This document shows, piece by piece, positions 1 through 9,470 of a DNA stretch of 64,000 nucleotides; the stretch's first letter is position 1, and each line of letters starts with the position of its first letter. Origin of the DNA: a virus; the IMG/VR virus record IMGVR_UViG_3300042923_000502, positions 64,001-128,000 of that record, one strand, 5' to 3'. A program made the position numbers and the translations under genes. The notes beneath the pieces are model-generated. The model made no database searches. It was not told where the DNA came from and saw nothing but the letters and a program-made list of their open reading frames with translations.

Positions 1-1
1 G

Positions 2-472
2 TTGCAAGGAATTGACGGATACCCTAAATTGTTTTATTACATCGAAGGTAAAGCAGATTACTTGAGAAAATCATGGGGCAAACCAGAGTATGGCAAGGAA
101 GAGTTCAATATTATGGTTTCAAGAAGAGTCAATGGATTCAGTATAAGAAACGCCATTGATATTGCGTATTGCCGCAAGGATTTTTTTAAAAAAGCATCTT
201 TAGATATCTTGACACAAATGGAAGATACAATTAAAAAAACTTATGATCTTGGTTATTATCCAGACGATACTCACTCCGACAATGTTATGATTGACATGGA
301 CAATGGAAACGCAGTAATTGTTGATGTAGGATATTTCAAGAAATTAAACAGCGATTTTAGTTTAGAGGAATCGTATATTACATCTAGATTAAAATATTCA
401 AATATTCACATATTGTGTAAAATGGCAAATGAAAAAGATGTCAAATTCAATAGACTAGAGGTGTACAAATGA
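2..472 (+). CDS. Protein kinase-like fold protein (5' part lies outside the window)
   Basis: Catalytic-loop-like DTHSDNVM and metal-binding-like IVDVG; shares GIxGYPKLFxYxEGK with the next ORF. Confidence 0.7.
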   Translation: MQGIDGYPKLFYYIEGKADYLRKSWGKPEYGKEEFNIMVSRRVNGFSIRNAIDIAYCRKDFFKKASLDILTQMEDTIKKTYDLGYYPDDTHSDNVMIDMDNGNAVIVDVGYFKKLNSDFSLEESYITSRLKYSNIHILCKMANEKDVKFNRLEVYK

Positions 473-1167
473 GAGAAAAATTGATTTACTTCAAAATGAA
501 GACAGTAAACAACATGGCAGAGAATGATTTGCAAAGACTGCTTGAAATTTTGATTGATGAAAAAGAGTATTCGATTTCCTACGACAATGTAAGACATTTT
601 GAGAAAAATGGAATGAGAAGAATCGGATGGGGATCATTTGGGAATGTATTTGAATTCATCGGATCAGATGGATATAAATATGCAGTTAAAACTGGTAATG
701 GTATTTGTGATGACGGAAAAAATCTTGAGAGGTTACAAGGCATCAAAGGATATCCAAAACTTTTTTCTTATGTAGAAGGTAAAACAGAATTTCATAATTT
801 TTATATCATGATTTCTCAGATGATCAACGGATTTACATTGGAAAAAATAACAAACATGTTTAATAGAAATGAAGCCATGCTAGAGACATTCAAAGAAAAT
901 GTGAATCATGATATTGTTGAAGTATTTAGAGATGAAATAGAATTAGCATATGATAGAAATGTACATGTCAAAGACATACACGCAGAAAATGTCATGTTCA
1001 ATATTGATGATGGATTGGCTTATATTGTAGACGTAGGAAATTATTGGGTCAGTGAAGATAAAATTAAACAGGAGTATCGTTGTGATTGGGAAAGTTTTTA
1101 TCAAGGTTGCAGACTCCACTTGCTAGAAAAATACGTAGAAAATAAATATGCAAAGGTGGTAATTTAA
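469..1167 (+). CDS. Minimal Ser/Thr kinase-like protein (start may be 514)
   Basis: Gly-rich loop IGWGSFGNVF, YAVK lysine, DIHAENVM catalytic loop, DVG in place of DFG. Confidence 0.8.
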   Translation: MREKLIYFKMKTVNNMAENDLQRLLEILIDEKEYSISYDNVRHFEKNGMRRIGWGSFGNVFEFIGSDGYKYAVKTGNGICDDGKNLERLQGIKGYPKLFSYVEGKTEFHNFYIMISQMINGFTLEKITNMFNRNEAMLETFKENVNHDIVEVFRDEIELAYDRNVHVKDIHAENVMFNIDDGLAYIVDVGNYWVSEDKIKQEYRCDWESFYQGCRLHLLEKYVENKYAKVVI

Positions 1168-1168
1168 A

Positions 1169-1402
1169 ATGACCAAGAACAATAATGAAGTTGAAGTTTC
1201 AATAAGTTTAAAGGCGACCATTCAAATTTCAGAACAAATGAAAGATAAAGCAAAAGCACTAAATCCTTATGCATACAATCAATACGAATATGACGATGAA
1301 GCAGTAGCTCTGATTTTGTTCTACGGAATGATGGACAAAATTTTAAGAAAAGGATTGGATATGGGAGAATTCATCTCTGATATTGCCGTAGGTACTATAT
1401 AA
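1169..1402 (+). CDS. Hypothetical protein
   Basis: ATG ORF with AAGGTGG RBS, adjacent to the kinase stop. Confidence 0.6.
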   Translation: MTKNNNEVEVSISLKATIQISEQMKDKAKALNPYAYNQYEYDDEAVALILFYGMMDKILRKGLDMGEFISDIAVGTI

Positions 1403-1440
1403 CAAAAATCTTAAAATGTACCAACTTGATCAGAGATAAT

Positions 1441-1469
1441 ATCATAACATAAATTCAGAAAAAAGTCAA
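1441..1469 (-). promoter_or_regulatory. Antisense SigA-type promoter
   Basis: Minus strand reads TTGACT-17 bp-TATGAT with an extended -10 TG. Confidence 0.6.
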
Positions 1470-1535
1470 TAACAAAAACTCTGAGTTAAAACAAAATACA
1501 TCTTACATCACGGCAAAAACTTGATCAATTCGGTA

Positions 1536-1564
1536 TTGACTTTTATACAAATACAATATAAAAT
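1536..1564 (+). promoter_or_regulatory. SigA-type promoter
   Basis: TTGACT-17 bp-TAAAAT upstream of the YqeY gene. Confidence 0.7.
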
Positions 1565-1599
1565 GAAAATATAACAAACGAAGGGAAAGTGACCGATCA

Positions 1600-2058
1600 A
1601 TGACAACTATTAAACAAACCATCACGGAAGACATCGTGAAAGCAATAAAAGAGGGAGACAATAAGAAACGTGACCTCCTTCGTATGGCAATTGACAAAGT
1701 TCAGAAAGAAGAGAAAACGCTTAAACGCGACATCACAAATGAAGAAGCTTCCACTTTGCTTTACAAGTTCGCGGATCAATTGCAAGAAGAAGCAACCGCA
1801 AATTTGGATGCCGGAAAAGTGGTGAAGCACGATGATTTGATCAAGGATATCGTCCTTTTGAAAAGTTATCTATTGCCTAAACCAACTCTTATGAACGAAG
1901 AAGAGATTAAACATGTAATCTCTACCGCAATTAGCCAACTTGAAGGTCAAGGCGTTGCTCCAAACAAAGGCAATCTTATTAAATTGGTTATGCCAATGGT
2001 TAAAGGCAAAGCCGACAACAAGCTTGTTGTTGAAGTCATCGTAAACATTTTGAATTAA
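1600..2058 (+). CDS. GatB/YqeY domain protein
   Basis: IVKAIKEGD..RDLLR N-terminus, YLLPKP.LMNEEEI, GNLIKLVMPMVKGKAD; 152 aa. Confidence 0.85.
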   Translation: MTTIKQTITEDIVKAIKEGDNKKRDLLRMAIDKVQKEEKTLKRDITNEEASTLLYKFADQLQEEATANLDAGKVVKHDDLIKDIVLLKSYLLPKPTLMNEEEIKHVISTAISQLEGQGVAPNKGNLIKLVMPMVKGKADNKLVVEVIVNILN

Positions 2059-2065
2059 CGACAAC

Positions 2066-2184
2066 CCGACAGGTTACAAAAGTTTAGCTAATTAATATAG
2101 TATTACTGACTCTGTTAAATTATTAAGTATTTTAATAAAGTCTGTAATTATATATTAATTAGCGCAAAAAATGTAACCTGTCGG
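2066..2184. repeat. Long imperfect inverted repeat (~119 nt hairpin) upstream of pnuC
   Basis: CCGACAGGTTACA/TGTAACCTGTCGG (13 bp perfect), GCTAATTAATATA/TATATTAATTAGC (13 bp perfect), ATTACTGACT/AGTCTGTAAT (1 mismatch). Confidence 0.9.
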
Positions 2185-2214
2185 AAAACCAAAAATAACT
2201 GGAGGTCATTTGAA

Positions 2215-2991
2215 ATGACACTTAATAAGGTACACGTTACTATTGCAAGCATCCTATTCTTTATCGTTGGATACTTCACATCATCTTCAACAATTGAAAT
2301 TGTATCTGCGGTATCCGGTTTACTTTGTGTATGGCTTGCGGCGAAAGAGAGTATATGGAGTTATCCTATTGGATTCGTCAATATAGCGGCATTCATGTAT
2401 ATATTTTGGGGTGCTGGATTGTATGCCGATTTTACATTGCAAATTCTATTCGCCGCATTAAGTGCTTATGGTTGGGTTTATTGGCTTAAAGGTAAAGGCA
2501 ATCACACCGTAAAGCCTACAAAGCGTGTAACGACTTCAGAAATTATTTTGTATATCGTAATTACAATTGTAGGCACGTTCCTATGGGCTAACTTCAACCT
2601 TATGGTATTCCATGGTGTAGCGCTTCCTTACTTTGACGCTTTTGTAGCAATCCTAAGTGTCATTGCTCAAATCATGCTTTCGCGTAAACGGCTTGAGAAT
2701 TGGTATGTATGGATTGTGGTAGATGTACTATCTATTTGGATGTATTGGTACAAAGACTTGCACCTCTTATCGTTGTTGTACGTATTCTTCCTTGTCAATG
2801 CGGTCTATGGATTAATTGCATGGAAAAGCGAGTTCAGAAAATTGCAAGAGGAACGAATGATAAATAAAATGATTAAGAATCAAAAGTATATTGAAGAACA
2901 AACTCCATGGGTTAAATTCATTACAGAACATCAAGGAACATATTACACTACCGATGATCCAGAAAATCCGTTTAACAAAGGTGGCAAATAA
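2215..2991 (+). CDS. pnuC: Nicotinamide riboside transporter PnuC
   Basis: Multi-TM protein with GLLCVWLA, LYAD..LQ, YGWVYW, PYFDAF, ENWYVWIVVD; followed by nadR. Confidence 0.92.
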   Translation: MTLNKVHVTIASILFFIVGYFTSSSTIEIVSAVSGLLCVWLAAKESIWSYPIGFVNIAAFMYIFWGAGLYADFTLQILFAALSAYGWVYWLKGKGNHTVKPTKRVTTSEIILYIVITIVGTFLWANFNLMVFHGVALPYFDAFVAILSVIAQIMLSRKRLENWYVWIVVDVLSIWMYWYKDLHLLSLLYVFFLVNAVYGLIAWKSEFRKLQEERMINKMIKNQKYIEEQTPWVKFITEHQGTYYTTDDPENPFNKGGK

Positions 2992-2992
2992 C

Positions 2993-4033
2993 ATGAAGAC
3001 AGGACTTATTCTTGGCAAGTTCATGCCCTTACACAAAGGGCATGAATACTTAATAAATTACGGATTGAATAATTGTGATATACTCCATGTCGTTATTTGT
3101 AGCATATCGAAAGAACCAATTGATGGTGATTTGCGTCATAGTTGGATAGAGAAAGCTTTCATTGATGAAATTTGTGAAGGCAAGCTAATTCTTCATCATC
3201 TTGAAGAAGATTGGATGCCACAAGAACCAAGCGATTGCGTGTCGGAAGATGCATTCTTTGGATGTTGGGCTGGTGTCATGGAAGGACTTTGCAAGACTAA
3301 ATTTGACTACATGTTTGCATCGGAAATGTATGTACATCGTGTATCTCAAGAGCTTGGATGCGAACCAGTGCTTGTTGATCTTGCAAGAGATACGGTTCCA
3401 ATTAGTGGAACTATGATTCGTGAAAATCCTATTGAAAATTGGAAATTCATGAGTAAACATGTGGCAAGTTACTTTGCCAAGAAAGTGTTGATCATTGGCG
3501 GTGAAAGCACAGGTAAGTCAACCATGACTAGAATGCTTGATCAACACTATACGGAAAGAGGTTATCTCGCTTTTGGCGTTCAAGAATATGCAAGATACTT
3601 TATTGACATGGTACACGATGGGAACATGGACTACTTAACTTTTGATGATATTACTCATTTTGGTCAAGCTCAAATGAGTGAAGTTAATAGCAATGTAAGA
3701 GTTGGATTTCAAGTCGTTTTCTCAGATACTGATGCTATTGTATCCAAAGTGTTTCAACAAACATATTACGGTAAAACATCACCTGAGCTTGATGAAGTCA
3801 TTGACAAGGAAGAATGGGACTTGGTTCTATTCCTTGAAAACGATGTGCCATGGGTTGATGATGGTCAACGTAATCTTGGTGAAAAGAAGCAAAGAGATGA
3901 ATTTCAGCACAAGCTTTATGTTGAAGTCTATAACAAAAAGAAAATGCGTAATGTCGTATTTATTAATGGGAATTGGGATCAGCGTTTTGAAAAGGCAAAA
4001 AAAGCTGTTGACAAAATGCTCGGACTAATGTAA
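2993..4033 (+). CDS. nadR: NadR-type NMN adenylyltransferase / ribosylnicotinamide kinase (no HTH domain)
   Basis: GKFMPLHKGH, ISGTMIR, P-loop GGESTGKST, EYAR, DTD, PWVDDGQR. Confidence 0.92.
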   Translation: MKTGLILGKFMPLHKGHEYLINYGLNNCDILHVVICSISKEPIDGDLRHSWIEKAFIDEICEGKLILHHLEEDWMPQEPSDCVSEDAFFGCWAGVMEGLCKTKFDYMFASEMYVHRVSQELGCEPVLVDLARDTVPISGTMIRENPIENWKFMSKHVASYFAKKVLIIGGESTGKSTMTRMLDQHYTERGYLAFGVQEYARYFIDMVHDGNMDYLTFDDITHFGQAQMSEVNSNVRVGFQVVFSDTDAIVSKVFQQTYYGKTSPELDEVIDKEEWDLVLFLENDVPWVDDGQRNLGEKKQRDEFQHKLYVEVYNKKKMRNVVFINGNWDQRFEKAKKAVDKMLGLM

Positions 4034-4058
4034 GATAAAATAAAAGAGGTGATACAAA

Positions 4059-4403
4059 ATGGGAAAGAAAGGTGATATTAGAGTTGGTGCTGAAGAAAGA
4101 CATAAAATACCGAATTCAGAAGTTAGAGGTTATCTTAACCAGTTAAAAAAAGAGGAAAAGCAAAAAGACTCAAGAAGTTTGGAGATATTAAATGCACAAA
4201 TAGCAACATCATCCGATGCATTTGGTAGTTTGGTACTTTCATCAATCATTGGACTTATAGTGACTCATTATTATCCAAATTTTAATAGTGGTATATATTG
4301 GGTTGGACTGTTTCTAACTACAGGCTTTATAAATTCATTTAAGTTAAATCGGAAAAAGGTTTTAAGAGACGACTACATTCCAAGTTGGAAAAAGGAGAGA
4401 TAA
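4059..4403 (+). CDS. Hypothetical membrane protein
   Basis: RBS GAGGTG; two hydrophobic segments. Confidence 0.55.
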   Translation: MGKKGDIRVGAEERHKIPNSEVRGYLNQLKKEEKQKDSRSLEILNAQIATSSDAFGSLVLSSIIGLIVTHYYPNFNSGIYWVGLFLTTGFINSFKLNRKKVLRDDYIPSWKKER

Positions 4404-4576
4404 ATTATGAATAAAGATATCGCAGTTACGGTTAGAAGAGTGTTGGTTGGACTTATTATGACTATTTTAATGTTTGATGGATATGACAAAGACACAAGTT
4501 ATTTTTGGGCATCGTACATGGTGCTTTGTGCATTGTTAGAAGGAATTTTATTTAATATTAACGGAGGAAATAAGAA

Positions 4577-4822
4577 ATGACAACATTGACAATACAACAA
4601 AAGGTAAAAAGTGTAGTAGGAAAGATCAAAGGCATTCCAGCAAAAGAAGTAAGTATTAAGGATTCATTTGAAAATCTTGAATTTGACGGATTTGATATGG
4701 ACGAAATGGTTGAAGTTCTATCAGATTATTATGACATTGATCTTGGAGTAGAATTTGACTACACAAGGCATACACATGTTGGACATGTGGTTAAGTTGGT
4801 AGAAAAGCTATCTAATTGGTGA
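4577..4822 (+). CDS. Acyl carrier protein homologue lacking the phosphopantetheine serine
   Basis: Aligns by eye with AcpP over its length; LGADSLD is replaced by LEFDGFD; GGAGG RBS. Confidence 0.75.
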   Translation: MTTLTIQQKVKSVVGKIKGIPAKEVSIKDSFENLEFDGFDMDEMVEVLSDYYDIDLGVEFDYTRHTHVGHVVKLVEKLSNW

Positions 4823-5407
4823 TAACAAGTGTAAGATAAAATGAAGGTGGTGACAATATGTTTTTGTTGATGTGGGGATTGTCGATTATTATATCATTTT
4901 TTATTTTAAGAAAGGCAGTTAATATACAAAATAATTTTTTTGAAAATGATCTTGGATTTCTTATTACGATTATAATTCTATGCATTCTTCCTTTCGTAAA
5001 CATACTCATTTCTCTTGGACTACTCGTAGCAACAATTATTGATGAAAATAATTATGATGTTAATGATGTTGTAAAAATCATTTTCTTCATTAAGAAGGAG
5101 AAAAAATAATGGCATTGCATACTTTTAATTTAACCATGAGAAATACAAACAAAAGAACTATTTTCCATGATTCTCTTATCACACACGGAAGACAGCGTTT
5201 GAACTTTCGTTTCCAAAGGAAAAGATTTGAAAAAATTTCTCAAATTCGTCAAGTCAGAGAATTTGATCGTAAAAGTAAAATGTTCCTTCGAATTGAAATA
5301 CAAAAGGTGATTTATCCACGCAAAGACATTCGCAAGAGTAGACCAAGTAAATTCATGTATAGGGAAGTCTAGTACTCCCTATACATATCCCAAAAGGAGG
5401 AATAGTA

Positions 5408-6514
5408 GTGTTAAACTTTTTTACAAAAGAAGATTACATGAAGTACGTTGAACAAGGATACATTTCACGCAAAGAACATCCAGAAGATTCTAATGTTGTA
5501 ATATTGAACTATACGGAACAAACGGTATTTGAACGCAAATGGAATGGCATCACACTTCAATGTCGCGGTTTGATCTTAAATGAAGCAACAGGAGAGGTGT
5601 TGGCTAGACCTTTTCCTAAATTTTTCAATTACGGTGAAACAAGCGGATTGAATGTTTCTATCCCACAATCACAACCAGAGATTACTATTAAACATGACGG
5701 TAGCCTTGGTATCATGTATCGCTTAAATGGCAAGATTCGATGGGCTACAAGGGGCAGTTTTGTTTCGGATCAAGCTAAGATTGCACAGGAAATTTGGGAT
5801 CAAGAATACTCTCAGTATGAAAATGTTGTACCAAATGAAATCACATTATTGGCGGAAATTATTCATCCATTAACAAGAGTTGTTGTTGACTACAATGGTC
5901 TTGAAGATTTGATTTTAATTGGAATGACCAATAGATTTACTGGTTCTGATTATAATCATATGCATCTCAATGCTTTTGTAGGAAGCCAAGTTCCTATGCC
6001 AGTGACAGATAAGGTAAAAGGAAGTTTGCAAGAAATATTAAATGTTGCAAAAACACTTAATCACAATGAAGAAGGATTTGTATTGTCTTGGGATGATCCA
6101 AGCGGAGGAAATAAAATCTATCGTCTAAAAGTGAAGGGAAATAAATACCTTGAAGTTCATCGTATCATTCATGGCATGAGCTTGAAACAAAAAGTTGAGT
6201 CGTGGGCTAATGGTAACTTGATTGACTATATTAAATCTCTTCCAGAAGAATTCCGTCCAGAGATTGAGGATACAGCATTTAAATGTGAAAGTATTTTAAT
6301 CGACATTCTCCAAGATGTTTACAAGTATTATCAAATAGCGGAGAAACGAGGACGTAAAAATTACGCTCTTTGGATGCAAAAGAATGCTCCTACACATCTT
6401 CATGGATTTTTATGGCTTTTGTATGATGGAGAAATCATACAAATGAATGATAAAATGAAACAATATATTGTTAAAAACTATAGAGAATTGATTGGAGGAA
6501 ACAACAATGGGTAA
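5408..6514 (+). CDS. T4 Rnl1-family RNA ligase
   Basis: CRGLI, RPFPKFFNYGE, motif I KHDGSLG, EGFVL, RLKVK. Confidence 0.9.
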   Translation: MLNFFTKEDYMKYVEQGYISRKEHPEDSNVVILNYTEQTVFERKWNGITLQCRGLILNEATGEVLARPFPKFFNYGETSGLNVSIPQSQPEITIKHDGSLGIMYRLNGKIRWATRGSFVSDQAKIAQEIWDQEYSQYENVVPNEITLLAEIIHPLTRVVVDYNGLEDLILIGMTNRFTGSDYNHMHLNAFVGSQVPMPVTDKVKGSLQEILNVAKTLNHNEEGFVLSWDDPSGGNKIYRLKVKGNKYLEVHRIIHGMSLKQKVESWANGNLIDYIKSLPEEFRPEIEDTAFKCESILIDILQDVYKYYQIAEKRGRKNYALWMQKNAPTHLHGFLWLLYDGEIIQMNDKMKQYIVKNYRELIGGNNNG

Positions 6515-7550
6515 ACTCAATAATCTGCATATTTTTGTAGGTTTGCCAGGTAGCGGTAAAAGCACTAAGGCGAAAGAGATGGTAAAACAAAACGGTAACA
6601 CAATTTTACTATCGACAGACGCTATTAGAGCAGAACTTGGTGATGTGAATGATCAAAGCAAGAACAATGAAGTATACGAAATATATTATAAACGCGCAGA
6701 AGAAGCGCTCAAAGAAGGAAAAGATGTAATTCTTGATGCTACCAATACAACTGTAAAGTCAAGACGAGTTGCGGTTGAGCGATTGAGAAAATATGTGACA
6801 AGAATTGTAGCTCATTATTTTAATGTCGATTATGAAGTATGTTTATACAGAAATAACACAAGAGATAGAGTTGTTCCATATGATGTAATTAAACGTATGT
6901 ACAAGGCACTTCAAATTCCAACTTGGTCAGAAGGATTCGATAATATCGTATTTCATAGTGACGAAGGAATAGAATTTGATGATGATCTCCTAAATGGAAT
7001 TTGTGGTATGAATCTAAGAGGAATGGAAGATTATATTTCAATGCCACAGACATATGAAGAAATTATGGGAGGTAATCCATTTTGGGGTAATATACTTCAA
7101 GAGATTTGGGAGCTTCCACAAGACAACTCATTTCATTCCTTTAGTGTAAGTAGACACACATACTATGTTTGGAAGTATATTCGTGAAAACTACGATGGAG
7201 AAGATAAGATTGCTATGTTATGGGCGGCATTGTTTCACGATGCTGGTAAAGGATTTTGCAAAAACTTCAAGAAATACGAAGATGGTAGCGTAGCACGTTA
7301 TGCTAACTTTGTTGGGCATGAAAATGTGAGTGCTCAAATGGCGGCTATCGTATTGAGTCAATATTATGACACAGAATTTGTATTGAAAGTAATTGAAATC
7401 ATTCAATATCACATGCGTTTGATGCAAATTGGTGGAGATGGATCAATTCATAGCTTGGATAAATCATATAGAAAGTTGAATAAATTCCTTGGTGATAGCT
7501 TAACGGAGAAACTTGAGTTTTTCTATGAAGCAGATACTAATGCAAAATAA
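6507..7550 (+). CDS. Polynucleotide kinase fused to a C-terminal HD domain
   Basis: GLPGSGKST, STDAIR, LDATN, then FHS..H, ALFHDAGK, GHE, YHM, EAD. Confidence 0.88.
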   Translation: MGKLNNLHIFVGLPGSGKSTKAKEMVKQNGNTILLSTDAIRAELGDVNDQSKNNEVYEIYYKRAEEALKEGKDVILDATNTTVKSRRVAVERLRKYVTRIVAHYFNVDYEVCLYRNNTRDRVVPYDVIKRMYKALQIPTWSEGFDNIVFHSDEGIEFDDDLLNGICGMNLRGMEDYISMPQTYEEIMGGNPFWGNILQEIWELPQDNSFHSFSVSRHTYYVWKYIRENYDGEDKIAMLWAALFHDAGKGFCKNFKKYEDGSVARYANFVGHENVSAQMAAIVLSQYYDTEFVLKVIEIIQYHMRLMQIGGDGSIHSLDKSYRKLNKFLGDSLTEKLEFFYEADTNAK

Positions 7551-7568
7551 AATGAAAGGATAAAAGAT

Positions 7569-8312
7569 ATGAATCTTTATGGAGTGGGTGGAGTTTATAA
7601 AATAACAAATTCTCACAATGGGAAAGTGTATATTGGAAGCTCAAATAATATAGGTATTAGATGGAATAAACATCTTAGCTTGCTTAGAAATGGAAAAAGT
7701 AAACAGAAGTTAATGCAAAAAGATTTTGATAGACATGGAGAAAGTTTATTTAGTATATCAATTTTAGAGAAGATAAATGTCGAAAAAGAAAGGTTTGAAA
7801 GGGAAGATTTTTATATTGAAAAATTTAAATCATACAATGAAGAGTTTGGATACAATACCCATCAAAAGTCAACTTCTCCAGTTGGAAGAAAAGTTAGTGA
7901 AGAAACAAGAAAGAAGATTGGAGAATCTCAGATAGGAAAAAAATTAAGTGAAGATCATAAGAATAATATTTCAGAAGGATTAAAAGGAAGAGTTCAATCA
8001 GAAAAAACTAAAAGAATAATAAGTGAAAAAAATAGAAGAAAACATATTTCACTTGAAGATGAGGTTTCAATAAGAAGTAAAATATTAAGTGGAATTTTAG
8101 CTAAAGAAATTGCAAAGGAATTTAAACTTAACCAGATAACAATAGGAAGAATTAGAAAGGAAATGGAAAAAGAAGGTTTGCTAATGTCAAAAAAAGAAAG
8201 AAACACAAGAATAAAAAACGATTTGAAAAATGGAATTTCTATTAAAGAAATTTCTAAAAAATACAATATAACAGAAACAAGTGTACGAAATAAGAAAAAG
8301 GAGATGGAATAA
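7569..8312 (+). CDS. Free-standing GIY-YIG homing endonuclease with NUMOD3 repeats
   Basis: GVYKITN..KVYIGSS..RW..H, GYN, SEETRKKI / SEDHKNNIS / SEKTKRIIS repeats. Confidence 0.9.
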   Translation: MNLYGVGGVYKITNSHNGKVYIGSSNNIGIRWNKHLSLLRNGKSKQKLMQKDFDRHGESLFSISILEKINVEKERFEREDFYIEKFKSYNEEFGYNTHQKSTSPVGRKVSEETRKKIGESQIGKKLSEDHKNNISEGLKGRVQSEKTKRIISEKNRRKHISLEDEVSIRSKILSGILAKEIAKEFKLNQITIGRIRKEMEKEGLLMSKKERNTRIKNDLKNGISIKEISKKYNITETSVRNKKKEME

Positions 8313-8315
8313 AAA

Positions 8316-9224
8316 ATGAGTCAAAAAAAATTCTGTGACGTTATAAGATATGGTCATAAGACAACCAAAGGAATATTCAATATTGGTGATCCAATTACAG
8401 TAACAGAGAAAATTGACGGTGCAAATGCAAGTTTTAAACGTGATGGAGATAAGGTTCTTGCATTTTCTCGCAATAATCCTCTTGATGAATCAAATAATCT
8501 TGGTGGATTCTATCAATGGGTTCAAGCGAATATTGACCCTAAAAAGCTTCTTGATGGTGTAATTTATTTTGGAGAATGGCTAAATCCACACAAAGTTAAA
8601 TATGCACCTGAACACACTAAGACCTTCATTCTCTTTGCTATCTTCAATGAATTCACACAAGAATATGTAAACTTCTCTATGGTTAAAGATGAAGCAAGAC
8701 GTTTGAATCTAAAACTTGTTCCAGTGTTTTATGAAGGTGAATATCAATCCTTTGAACATCTTCAATCTTTCGTAGGAAGAACGGAATTGGGCGGTGTACT
8801 TGGTGGAGAGCCTATGGGAGAAGGTGTTGTAATTGTTAACTACGATTACAAAGACAAGTACGGCAATCAAATTTTCACTAAGATGGTTGTTGAAAAGTTC
8901 CGTGAAGTACAAAGCCAAAAAGAACCACGTGATCCTAATACTCCTGAATCCATTGAATCTCTATGGGTGAAAGATAATATGACAAAAGCACGTGTAGAAA
9001 AGATGTTGCATAAATTGGTGGATGAAGGTATAATAGAGGAAGAGTTCGGTATCGAAGATATGGGTACTATCCTCAAAAACATTAATCGGCGCTTGATTGA
9101 AGATATGATCAAGGAAGAAGTTGATTACTTGCCAGAAGGATATGAACAAAAGGAAATCGGTAGAGCGGTTGCTGCGAAGTCTCCAACGATTATTAAGGAG
9201 ATCATTAAAGAAAGACAAGTGTAA
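8316..9224 (+). CDS. Rnl2-family RNA ligase
   Basis: EKIDGANAS, FGEW, VPVFYEG, GEGVVI, K.V.EKFRE. Confidence 0.85.
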   Translation: MSQKKFCDVIRYGHKTTKGIFNIGDPITVTEKIDGANASFKRDGDKVLAFSRNNPLDESNNLGGFYQWVQANIDPKKLLDGVIYFGEWLNPHKVKYAPEHTKTFILFAIFNEFTQEYVNFSMVKDEARRLNLKLVPVFYEGEYQSFEHLQSFVGRTELGGVLGGEPMGEGVVIVNYDYKDKYGNQIFTKMVVEKFREVQSQKEPRDPNTPESIESLWVKDNMTKARVEKMLHKLVDEGIIEEEFGIEDMGTILKNINRRLIEDMIKEEVDYLPEGYEQKEIGRAVAAKSPTIIKEIIKERQV

Positions 9225-9470
9225 GATAAAATAAAAGGAGGAATTTCTAAGTGTCAAAAGAAGTTGGAATTGGACTTATAACAAAGACAGTATTGCACTT
9301 CTTAAATATTATTGATAACAGAGGTGTAGTGCTTATTACAAATGAAGTGACTATGAAGGAAGTTCTCAAGATTGCAATTGAGTATAACATTCCTGACCAT
9401 CTAATGACAAACAAGAAAGTGAGAATTGTCGATGATAATTGCTCGCTAGGTTATTTTACTGCTATCACAT

